A DNA stretch of 45,839 bases. Origin: Gemmatimonadaceae bacterium (GTDB lineage: Bacteria > Gemmatimonadota > Gemmatimonadetes > Gemmatimonadales > Gemmatimonadaceae). The notes beneath the pieces are model-generated. The model saw only the letters and a program-made list of their open reading frames with translations. It ran no database searches and had not been told where the DNA came from. Shown here piece by piece: positions 17,652 to 24,760 of the stretch (positions are counted from its first letter, which is position 1; each line of letters starts with the position of its first letter). The stretch lies in assembly GCA_041747275.1 (NCBI GenBank), contig JBGTFN010000139.1, positions 1 to 45,839 of the forward strand, in the 5' to 3' direction. Made by a program: the position numbers and the translations under genes.

Positions 17652-18292
17652 CGTACACGGTCAAGGAAATCTTCTACACGCTGCAAGGCGAGGGTGTGAA
17701 TGCCGGTCGTCCCGCGGTGTTCTGCCGTTTTGCCGGCTGCAACCTGTGGACCGGTCGAGAGGCCGATCGCGCCCACGCGGTGTGCCAGTTCTGCGATACG
17801 GACTTCGTCGGTGTCGGACCCGACGGTGGCAAGTTCAAGACTGCGGAGCAATTCGCGTCCGCCGTGCGGTCTCGCTGGCCTGGCAACGCGCCCGACAACG
17901 TCACGCCGTTCGTCGTGTGCACCGGTGGCGAGCCGCTGCTGCAGCTCGATCACGCCGCAATTGACGCGCTGCACGCACTCGGATTCGAAGTTGCCGTGGA
18001 GAGCAACGGCACTATCGCCGCGCCCGACGGCATCGACTGGTTGTGCGTAAGTCCCAAGGCCAACGCCACGCTCGTGCAGACACGTGGCAGTGAGCTCAAG
18101 CTGGTGTTTCCTCAGGACGGCGTCGCAGGCGATCCCGCGCACTACGCGGACATGGAGTTCGAGCACTTTCTTCTACAACCCATGGACGGACCGCAGCGCG
18201 CAGAGAACACGGCGGCGGCAATTGCCTATTGCCTCGAGCATCCGCGGTGGCGCCTGTCGGTGCAGACGCACAAGGACATCGGCGTGCGGTAA
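17648..18292 (+). CDS. queE: 7-carboxy-7-deazaguanine synthase (radical SAM)
   Basis: [30 protein letters not shown]...[11 protein letters not shown] 17648 overlaps the queC stop as GTGA. Confidence 0.9.
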   Translation: MTYTVKEIFYTLQGEGVNAGRPAVFCRFAGCNLWTGREADRAHAVCQFCDTDFVGVGPDGGKFKTAEQFASAVRSRWPGNAPDNVTPFVVCTGGEPLLQLDHAAIDALHALGFEVAVESNGTIAAPDGIDWLCVSPKANATLVQTRGSELKLVFPQDGVAGDPAHYADMEFEHFLLQPMDGPQRAENTAAAIAYCLEHPRWRLSVQTHKDIGVR

Positions 18293-18349
18293 ATCATGTG
18301 TTGGACGCGCGCAGCATGTGCCTGGCCGATCGCTGACGAATGCGTCGGA

Positions 18350-19306
18350 CTACACGCCGCGCGCACTCTGGCCACGCACGCTCTGCATGACCGACTGCAG
18401 CGTATTGCCCCGTGCGAGTTCTCTGATGCGCGCCTCGACGCGCGGGTACATCGCCGCACCGTCGCTCTTGAGTGTATTGAAGAGCGCTTTCAGGTCTGCC
18501 GTGGACATGGTGCGATCCTGCGCGTAGTACTGCAGCGCCGCATGACCGAGCGCATAGGTCGTGGCGAAGGTGACGGCGCCACCAGCCGCCATTCCTGCCG
18601 CGCCGCCGAGCGCACCGCCGAACAACGTACCGGCCAGTCCGCCAAACGTCTTGCGCACAACCGCTTCCATTACCTGCGCGGCGACGCCGATGCCGAGCGT
18701 CGCCACCAACTCCTTGACGTGCGGTCCATCCGTCGACTGACCACTGCGCTGTCCGATCGTGTGCACGAGCCGCAACTGCAACGGCAGGATGCCCAGGTTG
18801 GCGAGCCGATCGGGCAGCAGTTCAAGCGCGGCTGTCAGCATCGCCTGATCGAGGATGAAGGCGTCCATTGACTGTTCTGATTGCGCGCCAGAGGCAAAGG
18901 ACTGGGCGCTCGTCGCGCCTCCCGAATCGGCGTTGATCCACTGATCGACTGTGCCGACGGCCGAGGCCGACGTCGCATCGAAACGCGTCGGGTCCACGTC
19001 GAGCGTATGCGCCAAACTGCGCAGGAACATCGTCTCCTTGGTGTTTGCGTAGCCATCGGCATGCACCACGTCGACCGCAACCTGATACGCCTCCTCGCGC
19101 GCCGCGCTCGTGTAGAGCCGGCGTGCCACCTGCGCCGCCGCGGCGGCCGGGCTTGACCCGACTGCGAGCACGATCTCATCGCTGGCAATTCCCAGGCGCT
19201 CCACCGTCTCCTTCACTCGCGCCTGCTCTTGCGCATTGCTTTCGCCATCAGCGAGGGCGGCCAAGGCTGCAATGGTGGCGACGGCTTGTGCAGACTGCTC
19301 GTTCAT
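18350..19306 (-). CDS. TerB-like (tellurite-resistance-type) N-terminal domain protein with a Gly-rich hydrophobic C-terminal region
   Basis: The N-terminus ATIAALAALADGESNAQEQARVKETVERLGI...AYQVAVDVVHADGYANTKETMFLRSLAHTLDVD resembles TerB/DjlA-N repeats. The C-terminus carries FGGLAGTLFGGALGGAAGMAAGGAV. The domain call is tentative. Confidence 0.45.
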   Translation of the reverse strand: MNEQSAQAVATIAALAALADGESNAQEQARVKETVERLGIASDEIVLAVGSSPAAAAAQVARRLYTSAAREEAYQVAVDVVHADGYANTKETMFLRSLAHTLDVDPTRFDATSASAVGTVDQWINADSGGATSAQSFASGAQSEQSMDAFILDQAMLTAALELLPDRLANLGILPLQLRLVHTIGQRSGQSTDGPHVKELVATLGIGVAAQVMEAVVRKTFGGLAGTLFGGALGGAAGMAAGGAVTFATTYALGHAALQYYAQDRTMSTADLKALFNTLKSDGAAMYPRVEARIRELARGNTLQSVMQSVRGQSARGV

Positions 19307-19331
19307 GAATCAGCTCGCGGTTGCTGGTGGT

Positions 19332-19976
19332 TCACGGCTTCACATTCGCCAACTCCGCACGAACGATATCCCGGAACTGCGCCAGCGGAACCGCGCCAAG
19401 CACGCGACGATCGCCCGGGAAAATGAAGGTGGGTGTGCCGTAGATCTTTTTCGAGAGCGCGACGGTCTTGTGCGCCCGCACGCGCGGCCGCATGCGCTCG
19501 CTTTCCACGCATGCGTCGAACCGCGGTCCGTCGAGCCCTGCTTCGCGCGCGATGGTCGCCAACGCCTCGGTCGACGAGCCGAATCGGCTCCAGTCCGACC
19601 GCCGTGCCAGCAACGAGTCGTGCATGCTCAGGTACCGGTTCTGCTCCGCGGCGCACTCCGCCGCCTCCGCCGCGAAAGCCGAGTTCCGAAACGCCCCCAG
19701 CACGAACGGGATGGATCTCCACCGCACCCGACCTGTGGCAATGAACTCCTCGTGGATGCTCGCAAACGCCAGTTCATTGAACCGGGCGCACTGATCACAC
19801 CCGAAGTCCAGAAACTCCACGATCTCGAGCGGCGCCGTGGGAGACCCGATCACATGTCCAAAGGGAGCCAGACTCTGCGCCCCCGCCACCCCTGCCATAC
19901 GGGACCCAGCCATCCCCCACAGCACGACCAGAACCGTGATCCCACGCCGCATCATCCCCTTGGTCATTCCCACCAT
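19332..19976 (-). CDS. DsbA-family thiol:disulfide oxidoreductase (secreted)
   Basis: The active site FGCDQC sits in EIVEFLDFGCDQCARF, and IYGTPTFIF matches the cis-Pro loop region. The signal peptide is MMRRGITVLVVLWGMAGSRMAGVAGAQS. Candidate starts are 19976, 19967 or 19955. The track start at 20090 runs into a repeat. Confidence 0.8.
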   Translation of the reverse strand: MVGMTKGMMRRGITVLVVLWGMAGSRMAGVAGAQSLAPFGHVIGSPTAPLEIVEFLDFGCDQCARFNELAFASIHEEFIATGRVRWRSIPFVLGAFRNSAFAAEAAECAAEQNRYLSMHDSLLARRSDWSRFGSSTEALATIAREAGLDGPRFDACVESERMRPRVRAHKTVALSKKIYGTPTFIFPGDRRVLGAVPLAQFRDIVRAELANVKP

Positions 19977-20043
19977 CTCTCCTATTTCAGTTCGCTTCGC
20001 TCCCCCGACCTTGCCCTTACCCCACTCCCGCTCGCCTCGCTCC

Positions 20044-20070
20044 TTCTTCGCGCGTTCGCGCGTTCGCGCC
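20044..20070. repeat. Half copy of the octamer-array element (gcgcgttc units)
   Basis: ttcttcgcgcgttcgcgcgttcgcgcc matches the right arms of the elements at 22983-23023 and 27337-27367, including the ttctt/ttttt lead-in. Confidence 0.6.
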
Positions 20071-20304
20071 CCCTGCGCCGTCCGGCACACCTGTCCCCCA
20101 AAAACCAGTGCAAATCTCTGTCAACGGTCAACCGTCCGCCCAAGCACAATCGGCGTTAGCGAGTTACGTGTATCACAAAGAAACGAAATTGGCCCCCTCC
20201 CGGGGGTGACGCGACTCGCTCTCCGGTGGTAGGTTCTCTCATCGCCGAAGCATGGTCCTCGAGTTTCACCGGGGGCCCGTGGCCACACCTTTCACCCGCC
20301 CGAC

Positions 20305-21000
20305 GTGCCCCTTTCACCTGCACGCCAGCGCTCCACGATTGCCAGCCTCGCGTTTGCGCTTGCCGCCCTAGCGGCCGCATCGCCACTTTCGGCACAATCC
20401 GGAGCTTCGTCCGCGGGCGATTCGCGCCCCTCCCTCTTCGAAACCAACGCTTCCGCCGCACCACGACTCGCCGTGGACGCCGAGCGTCCGCGCGCGTTCG
20501 CCGGCTTGGCTGTTTCCGTTGGCGCCCTGCGTGACTCGCTCGTGTCGCGCGCGCGGCAGAGCATCGGCATCAAGTATGTCTTCGGCGGCAATGATCCGCT
20601 GCGCGGCCTCGACTGCAGTGCGCTCATCAAGCACGTGCTCTCCGCCTTCGATATCTCGCTCCCGCGCACGGCGCAGGAACAGGCCCGCTTGGGCCGGGCG
20701 ATCCCGAAGGATCGCACGCAGATGAAGCCCGGTGACCTGCTCACTTTCGGCAAGGGCTCACGCGTCACGCATATCGGCATGTACGTCGGCGAGGGTCGCT
20801 TCATTCACGCCAGCACGACACGCAAGCAAGTCATCGAGAGCACGCTGGATCAGACCTCGTCCTCCCTCATCAAGCAGTGGAAGGGCGTGCGACGCGTGAT
20901 CGACGGCGACCTGGTCGCCTCACGGCATGACAGCGTGTTTGCGATGCTCGACGCCGTTCGCGATTCGCTTCGCGACTCCGTCCCTGATTCACGCCACTGA
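20305..21000 (+). CDS. NlpC/P60 (C40) family peptidoglycan endopeptidase
   Basis: Signal peptide ...AAASPLSAQS, then YVFGGNDPLRGLDCSALIKHV (catalytic Cys), THIGMYVGEGRFIHAS (catalytic His). GTG 20305 is the only canonical start. Confidence 0.85.
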   Translation: MPLSPARQRSTIASLAFALAALAAASPLSAQSGASSAGDSRPSLFETNASAAPRLAVDAERPRAFAGLAVSVGALRDSLVSRARQSIGIKYVFGGNDPLRGLDCSALIKHVLSAFDISLPRTAQEQARLGRAIPKDRTQMKPGDLLTFGKGSRVTHIGMYVGEGRFIHASTTRKQVIESTLDQTSSSLIKQWKGVRRVIDGDLVASRHDSVFAMLDAVRDSLRDSVPDSRH

Positions 21001-21377
21001 CCCACATCGCGAGTCCCGAGGCGGAGCTTTCCGCCGACTTCGCGCTTGCCAGCGCGCGATTCCTGCCGCACGTCGTCGACGGGCACCCGTGCGGCCGCAT
21101 GCATGGCCACACGTTTTCGATTCGACTGGTTGTGCGCGGTCCCATTCATCCAGTGGCCGGTTGGGTAATGGATTTTGCTGACATCCACGCTGCCTGGGCG
21201 CCGGTGCATGCCCAACTCGATCACCGCGTCCTGAACGAAGTCGACGGACTCGACAACCCGACCAGCGAGAACCTCGCGCTCTGGATCTGGCGAGCGCTGC
21301 GCGAAACGCTGCCCGCACTCGCCGCTGTCGAAGTATCCGAGACCGGCGGCTTCCGCGTCACTTATCGCGGCGACTGA
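20997..21377 (+). CDS. queD: 6-carboxy-5,6,7,8-tetrahydropterin synthase
   Basis: ...DFALASARFLPHVVDGHPCGRMHGHTFSIRLVV...GWVMDFADI...LDHRVLNEVDGLDNPTSENLALWIW...ETGGFRVTYRGD aligns end to end with E. coli-type QueD. The track ORF starts at ATG 21099, inside the CGRxHGH motif, so the gene must begin upstream. The only start-like codon there is CTG 20997, with ATC 21006 as an alternative. Confidence 0.8.
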   Translation: MTHIASPEAELSADFALASARFLPHVVDGHPCGRMHGHTFSIRLVVRGPIHPVAGWVMDFADIHAAWAPVHAQLDHRVLNEVDGLDNPTSENLALWIWRALRETLPALAAVEVSETGGFRVTYRGD

Positions 21378-21395
21378 GCGCCCGCGTGTCACCGC

Positions 21396-22292
21396 GTGCT
21401 CACCGCCCGCGTGACCGCCCGTTCAGCCCGTCCGCGTCGCTTCCAGTCTGCACCAGTGCCGCCCCCCGAGTCGTCGCGCGAAGTCTTCCCTGAACCGGCC
21501 GCTCGCTCCCACCCGTGGACCGTGAGGTTGGGCGGAGCCGCACTGGCGATGGGCGCGATGGAAATCTCCCTGACGCTCGGACTTTCGGACGGCACCGGCC
21601 TGAATCACATCGCGCTGCGCCTGGTCGCGCTCGTTGCGGGCGCCATGCTCATGACCACACGAGTCGCCCGCCTGCTGTGGGCGGGATCGATTGCCGCAGC
21701 TGTGCTGCTCATGCTCGTCATGTTCACTCCGCTGGTCGAGCGACCCGCCATGTCACTGCTGCGGGCTGACGCCGACGGCACGCCGTCCGATGCGATCGTC
21801 GTCTACTCGGCCAGTTTCACCGACGCTGGGCACATCAACGGTATCGCGCTCACGCGTCTTGTAAGCGCCCTCGACGACGCGCGAACACTCGGCGTGCCGC
21901 ACGTCGTCGTATCTGAACAGATTCGCCGCGTGCGAGGACGAGCGATTTCCACCGTCAGCGACCAGCGGCGCACTGCGGAGTTGCTTGGCGGAGGCGTGAC
22001 CGTGCACGTCGTCACCGACGTGACCAACACACACGACGAAAGCCTCGCCTTTGCGGCGTACGCGCGCACGCAAGGCTGGGCGAACCTGCGCGCAGTCACG
22101 TCGCCGCTGCATGCGCGGCGCGCGTGCGAGACGCTCGAGGCGACCGGAATGCAGGTGACGTGTGCGCCCGCCGAATCCCGGGACGTCGCAATCACCAACA
22201 TCGACTCCCCAGGCGCTCGACTCATCGCCCTGCGCGCCGCGCTGCACGAGGCAATTGGTCTGGTGGTCTACCGCTGGCGTGGCTGGCTGTGA
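21396..22292 (+). CDS. DUF218 (YdcF/ElyC/SanA-like) membrane protein
   Basis: N-terminal TM helices, then IVVYSASF...RLVSALDD...VVVSEQ...VTSPLHARRACETLEATGMQV, the DUF218 core. The start is uncertain (GTG 21396 or ATG 21549). Confidence 0.65.
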   Translation: MLTARVTARSARPRRFQSAPVPPPESSREVFPEPAARSHPWTVRLGGAALAMGAMEISLTLGLSDGTGLNHIALRLVALVAGAMLMTTRVARLLWAGSIAAAVLLMLVMFTPLVERPAMSLLRADADGTPSDAIVVYSASFTDAGHINGIALTRLVSALDDARTLGVPHVVVSEQIRRVRGRAISTVSDQRRTAELLGGGVTVHVVTDVTNTHDESLAFAAYARTQGWANLRAVTSPLHARRACETLEATGMQVTCAPAESRDVAITNIDSPGARLIALRAALHEAIGLVVYRWRGWL

Positions 22293-22807
22293 GATCAAGG
22301 CGCGAAAGGCGTTTCAACTCATTGCGCCCGTTGCTTCTGCTGCTGAGCGCCGCGCTCCCGTCATGCGCGGAGGCAAGTCGCGAACCCTGCGTAGTCGCCA
22401 CCGTTTCCGACGGCGACTCACTGCGATGCACGGACCAACGCCGGGTGCGGCTGCTCCTGCTCGACGCCCCAGAGATCTCGCAGGCGCCCTTCGGCGCTCA
22501 ATCACGCGATGCACTACGTTCGCGTCTCGAGCGCGGCGACACGCTTTGGCTCGAATACGACGTCCGGCGAACCGACCAGTACGGTCGCACACTCGCTCAT
22601 GGATGGACCGCCGCCCGCGGCGGAACGCACGTCAACCTTCAGCAGGCGCGCGATGGCTGGGCGCTCGCCGTCGTCTATCCGCCCAACGTGCTCCACGTGG
22701 AAGCAATTCGCGAAGCGGTGGCGGAGGCAAGACGCGAACGTCGAGGACTGTGGAGCGACGGGCGCTTCACGTGCACTCCGATCGAACACCAACGGGGCCG
22801 CTGCTAG
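22289..22807 (+). CDS. Thermonuclease (staphylococcal nuclease-like) lipoprotein
   Basis: The lipobox-like N-terminus is LLLLLSAALPSCAE. The SNase core is DGDSLRC...RVRLLLLDAPE...YDVRRTDQYGRTLAHGW...VNLQQARDGWA. GTG 22289 overlaps the upstream stop as GTGA. Confidence 0.8.
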   Translation: MRSRRERRFNSLRPLLLLLSAALPSCAEASREPCVVATVSDGDSLRCTDQRRVRLLLLDAPEISQAPFGAQSRDALRSRLERGDTLWLEYDVRRTDQYGRTLAHGWTAARGGTHVNLQQARDGWALAVVYPPNVLHVEAIREAVAEARRERRGLWSDGRFTCTPIEHQRGRC

Positions 22808-22871
22808 GAGGGCAAGGCGCGAAGCGCGTCAGGTTCGACGGTTTGTGGCGTCTGAATGGAGGGTTTGTGTG

Positions 22872-23040
22872 GCGAGAGAGGCAGGAACGCGAAGGCGCGA
22901 ACGCGCAAAGGCGCAAAGGCGCAAAAAGACTGCGTTGGTGGGTGCGAGGCGTGGTCCGCCGTCGAAACACTTCCCCAACATTCTTTGCGCGTTCGCGCGT
23001 TTGCGCGTTTGCGCGTTTGCGCCACTGTCTCAGCCCAACA
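22872..23040. repeat. Palindromic element whose arms are tandem GCGCAAA(G/C) octamers (copy 1)
   Basis: The left arm, about 22885-22927, is gcgaaggcgcgaacgcgcaaaggcgcaaaggcgcaaaaag. The right arm, 22983-23023, is ctttgcgcgttcgcgcgtttgcgcgtttgcgcgtttgcgcc. The spacer and flanks are homologous to the copy at 27200-27385. Confidence 0.85.
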
Positions 23041-23066
23041 CGACACCCCGCCAAAGACGTCAGTCC

Positions 23067-23675
23067 CTACCTCGCCGCAGCCGTCGTTCGCGATTTCTTT
23101 TCGAGCGGGGCTGCCCCGGCATGCAGCAACGCCTTCGCCACTTCCTCCAGGCTGCGCCAGGCGTCACGCGCCGACCCTCGGGAGTGGCTTGAAACAGGCG
23201 ATTCGCGCGTCCTGGCGTTGACGGGGTGCGACTGCTCGTCTTCGAGATAGTACGATGTGCGCTGTTCGACCGCACGCAGGGACAGCACCGTCCCCCCCCA
23301 AGGCGAAGCATCATAGCGCACGAACATCTGCCATTCCCTGAGCTCGGCGGTGTCCAGCCATTCCGCGCCAAGGTCAACACGCACCCAACGTTCGGTCGTG
23401 TGTTGCGCGGCGGTGACCAGACCCGCCTGAACGAATGTGCGGCGCAGGAGCCGGACTGCGTCCGTCTGCCCCAACGGCATGAGCAGCACGATCGACTCGA
23501 GCGCGGGCGTGTCGCGTGATTGTGGCGTGGTCTCGACGGGCACCTCATGCCTGCACGCCGACACCAGTATCAGTGCCATTGAAAGGGAGAGCGCCCGGTG
23601 CGCGTGGGCTACCATTTGCGTACTCGCTGCATGCTCGACGTCCTCATGGTGACCGGCGACACTTCCATCGGGCAC
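23067..23675 (-). CDS. Hypothetical lipoprotein
   Basis: Natural-looking 202-aa ORF. The lipobox LILVSAC suggests the real start is ATG 23615 (MVAHAHRALSLSMALILVSAC). I recognise no domain. Confidence 0.5.
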   Translation of the reverse strand: MPDGSVAGHHEDVEHAASTQMVAHAHRALSLSMALILVSACRHEVPVETTPQSRDTPALESIVLLMPLGQTDAVRLLRRTFVQAGLVTAAQHTTERWVRVDLGAEWLDTAELREWQMFVRYDASPWGGTVLSLRAVEQRTSYYLEDEQSHPVNARTRESPVSSHSRGSARDAWRSLEEVAKALLHAGAAPLEKKSRTTAAAR

Positions 23676-23788
23676 GAGTGCGCGATACGTTCGCGGGGTT
23701 CTGACGCTCGTCCATTCCGATCATGTCACGCTGCGTCCGCCCGGGTCCCGATCGTCCCTGCTTCGTTTCTTTCGCCTCCACTGCTCTC

Positions 23789-24760
23789 ATGTTTCACCCG
23801 AAATCGCGTTTCCGCCAGACCCAGCATCGTTTTCTGCAGCGCATCGCCCTCGGACTCACCGCCGCGGTCTTGCTCGGCGCATGTCAGGACTCCAAGGCGG
23901 TTGCCGAAGCCGACCGCCTCGCGACTGAACTCGCTTTGGCAACGGCGCAGCGGGATTCGCTCGCAGCCCTCGTCACCAGTGCGGATGCGGACAAGGAGCG
24001 CGCTGTCGCCGAACTGTCCGAGGCGAGTCAGTTCGCCGATCAGATCGACGCTGAGCTACGGCAGGTGCGTGGGCTGACGTCGCGCGTGCAGCCGCAGTCA
24101 ACTGATGAAAGTGGACGCGCGCGCGCAACGGCGGCCCGCGAAGACATTCTCGAACGGCTCAAACAGCTGCGGCAGCGCTTGAATGCACGTCAGTCGGAAC
24201 TCACGCGCGCCCGCGATTCGGTCGTGGCACTGCGGGGTCAGTCGTCGGCGGCTTCACGGCTGCTCGAAGATGTGCAGGCGCGTCTCGCAGAACGCGATAA
24301 GGAGATTGTCGCATTCGAAGCCGAGGTGAGAAACCTGCGCGAGGCGAATGTGCAGCTTGTCTACGAGAAGGCCGCGCTCAGCGATACCGTGCGTCAGGTG
24401 GAGACGAAGGCCAATCGAGTCTTCTATGCTGTTGGCACCAAGCGCGAGTTGCTCGACCGCAAGATTGTCACCGAGGAAGGCGGTTCACGCGCGCTGCTCG
24501 TCGTGCGGCTTGGCGAGACGCTGGTGCCCGCACGCAACCTCGACGAGGCGCTGTTCACGCTGGCCGACAAGCGCGACATCATCACGATCCCGCTGCCGCG
24601 TCAGGACAAGAACTATCGCATCGTTTCCCGGCACGATGCCTCGCTCATCGAGGCGGAGCGCAAAGACGACGACGGCTCCTTCCGCGGTACCAGCGTGCGC
24701 ATCACCAATCCATCGGCGTTCTGGGCTGCCTCGCCGTTTCTCATCATCGTCGAGAAGTAA
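23789..24760 (+). CDS. Hypothetical coiled-coil lipoprotein
   Basis: MFHPKSRFRQTQHRFLQRIALGLTAAVLLGACQ (lipobox), then about 180 aa of heptad-like, Q/E/R/L/A-rich sequence and a globular C-terminus. Confidence 0.55.
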   Translation: MFHPKSRFRQTQHRFLQRIALGLTAAVLLGACQDSKAVAEADRLATELALATAQRDSLAALVTSADADKERAVAELSEASQFADQIDAELRQVRGLTSRVQPQSTDESGRARATAAREDILERLKQLRQRLNARQSELTRARDSVVALRGQSSAASRLLEDVQARLAERDKEIVAFEAEVRNLREANVQLVYEKAALSDTVRQVETKANRVFYAVGTKRELLDRKIVTEEGGSRALLVVRLGETLVPARNLDEALFTLADKRDIITIPLPRQDKNYRIVSRHDASLIEAERKDDDGSFRGTSVRITNPSAFWAASPFLIIVEK

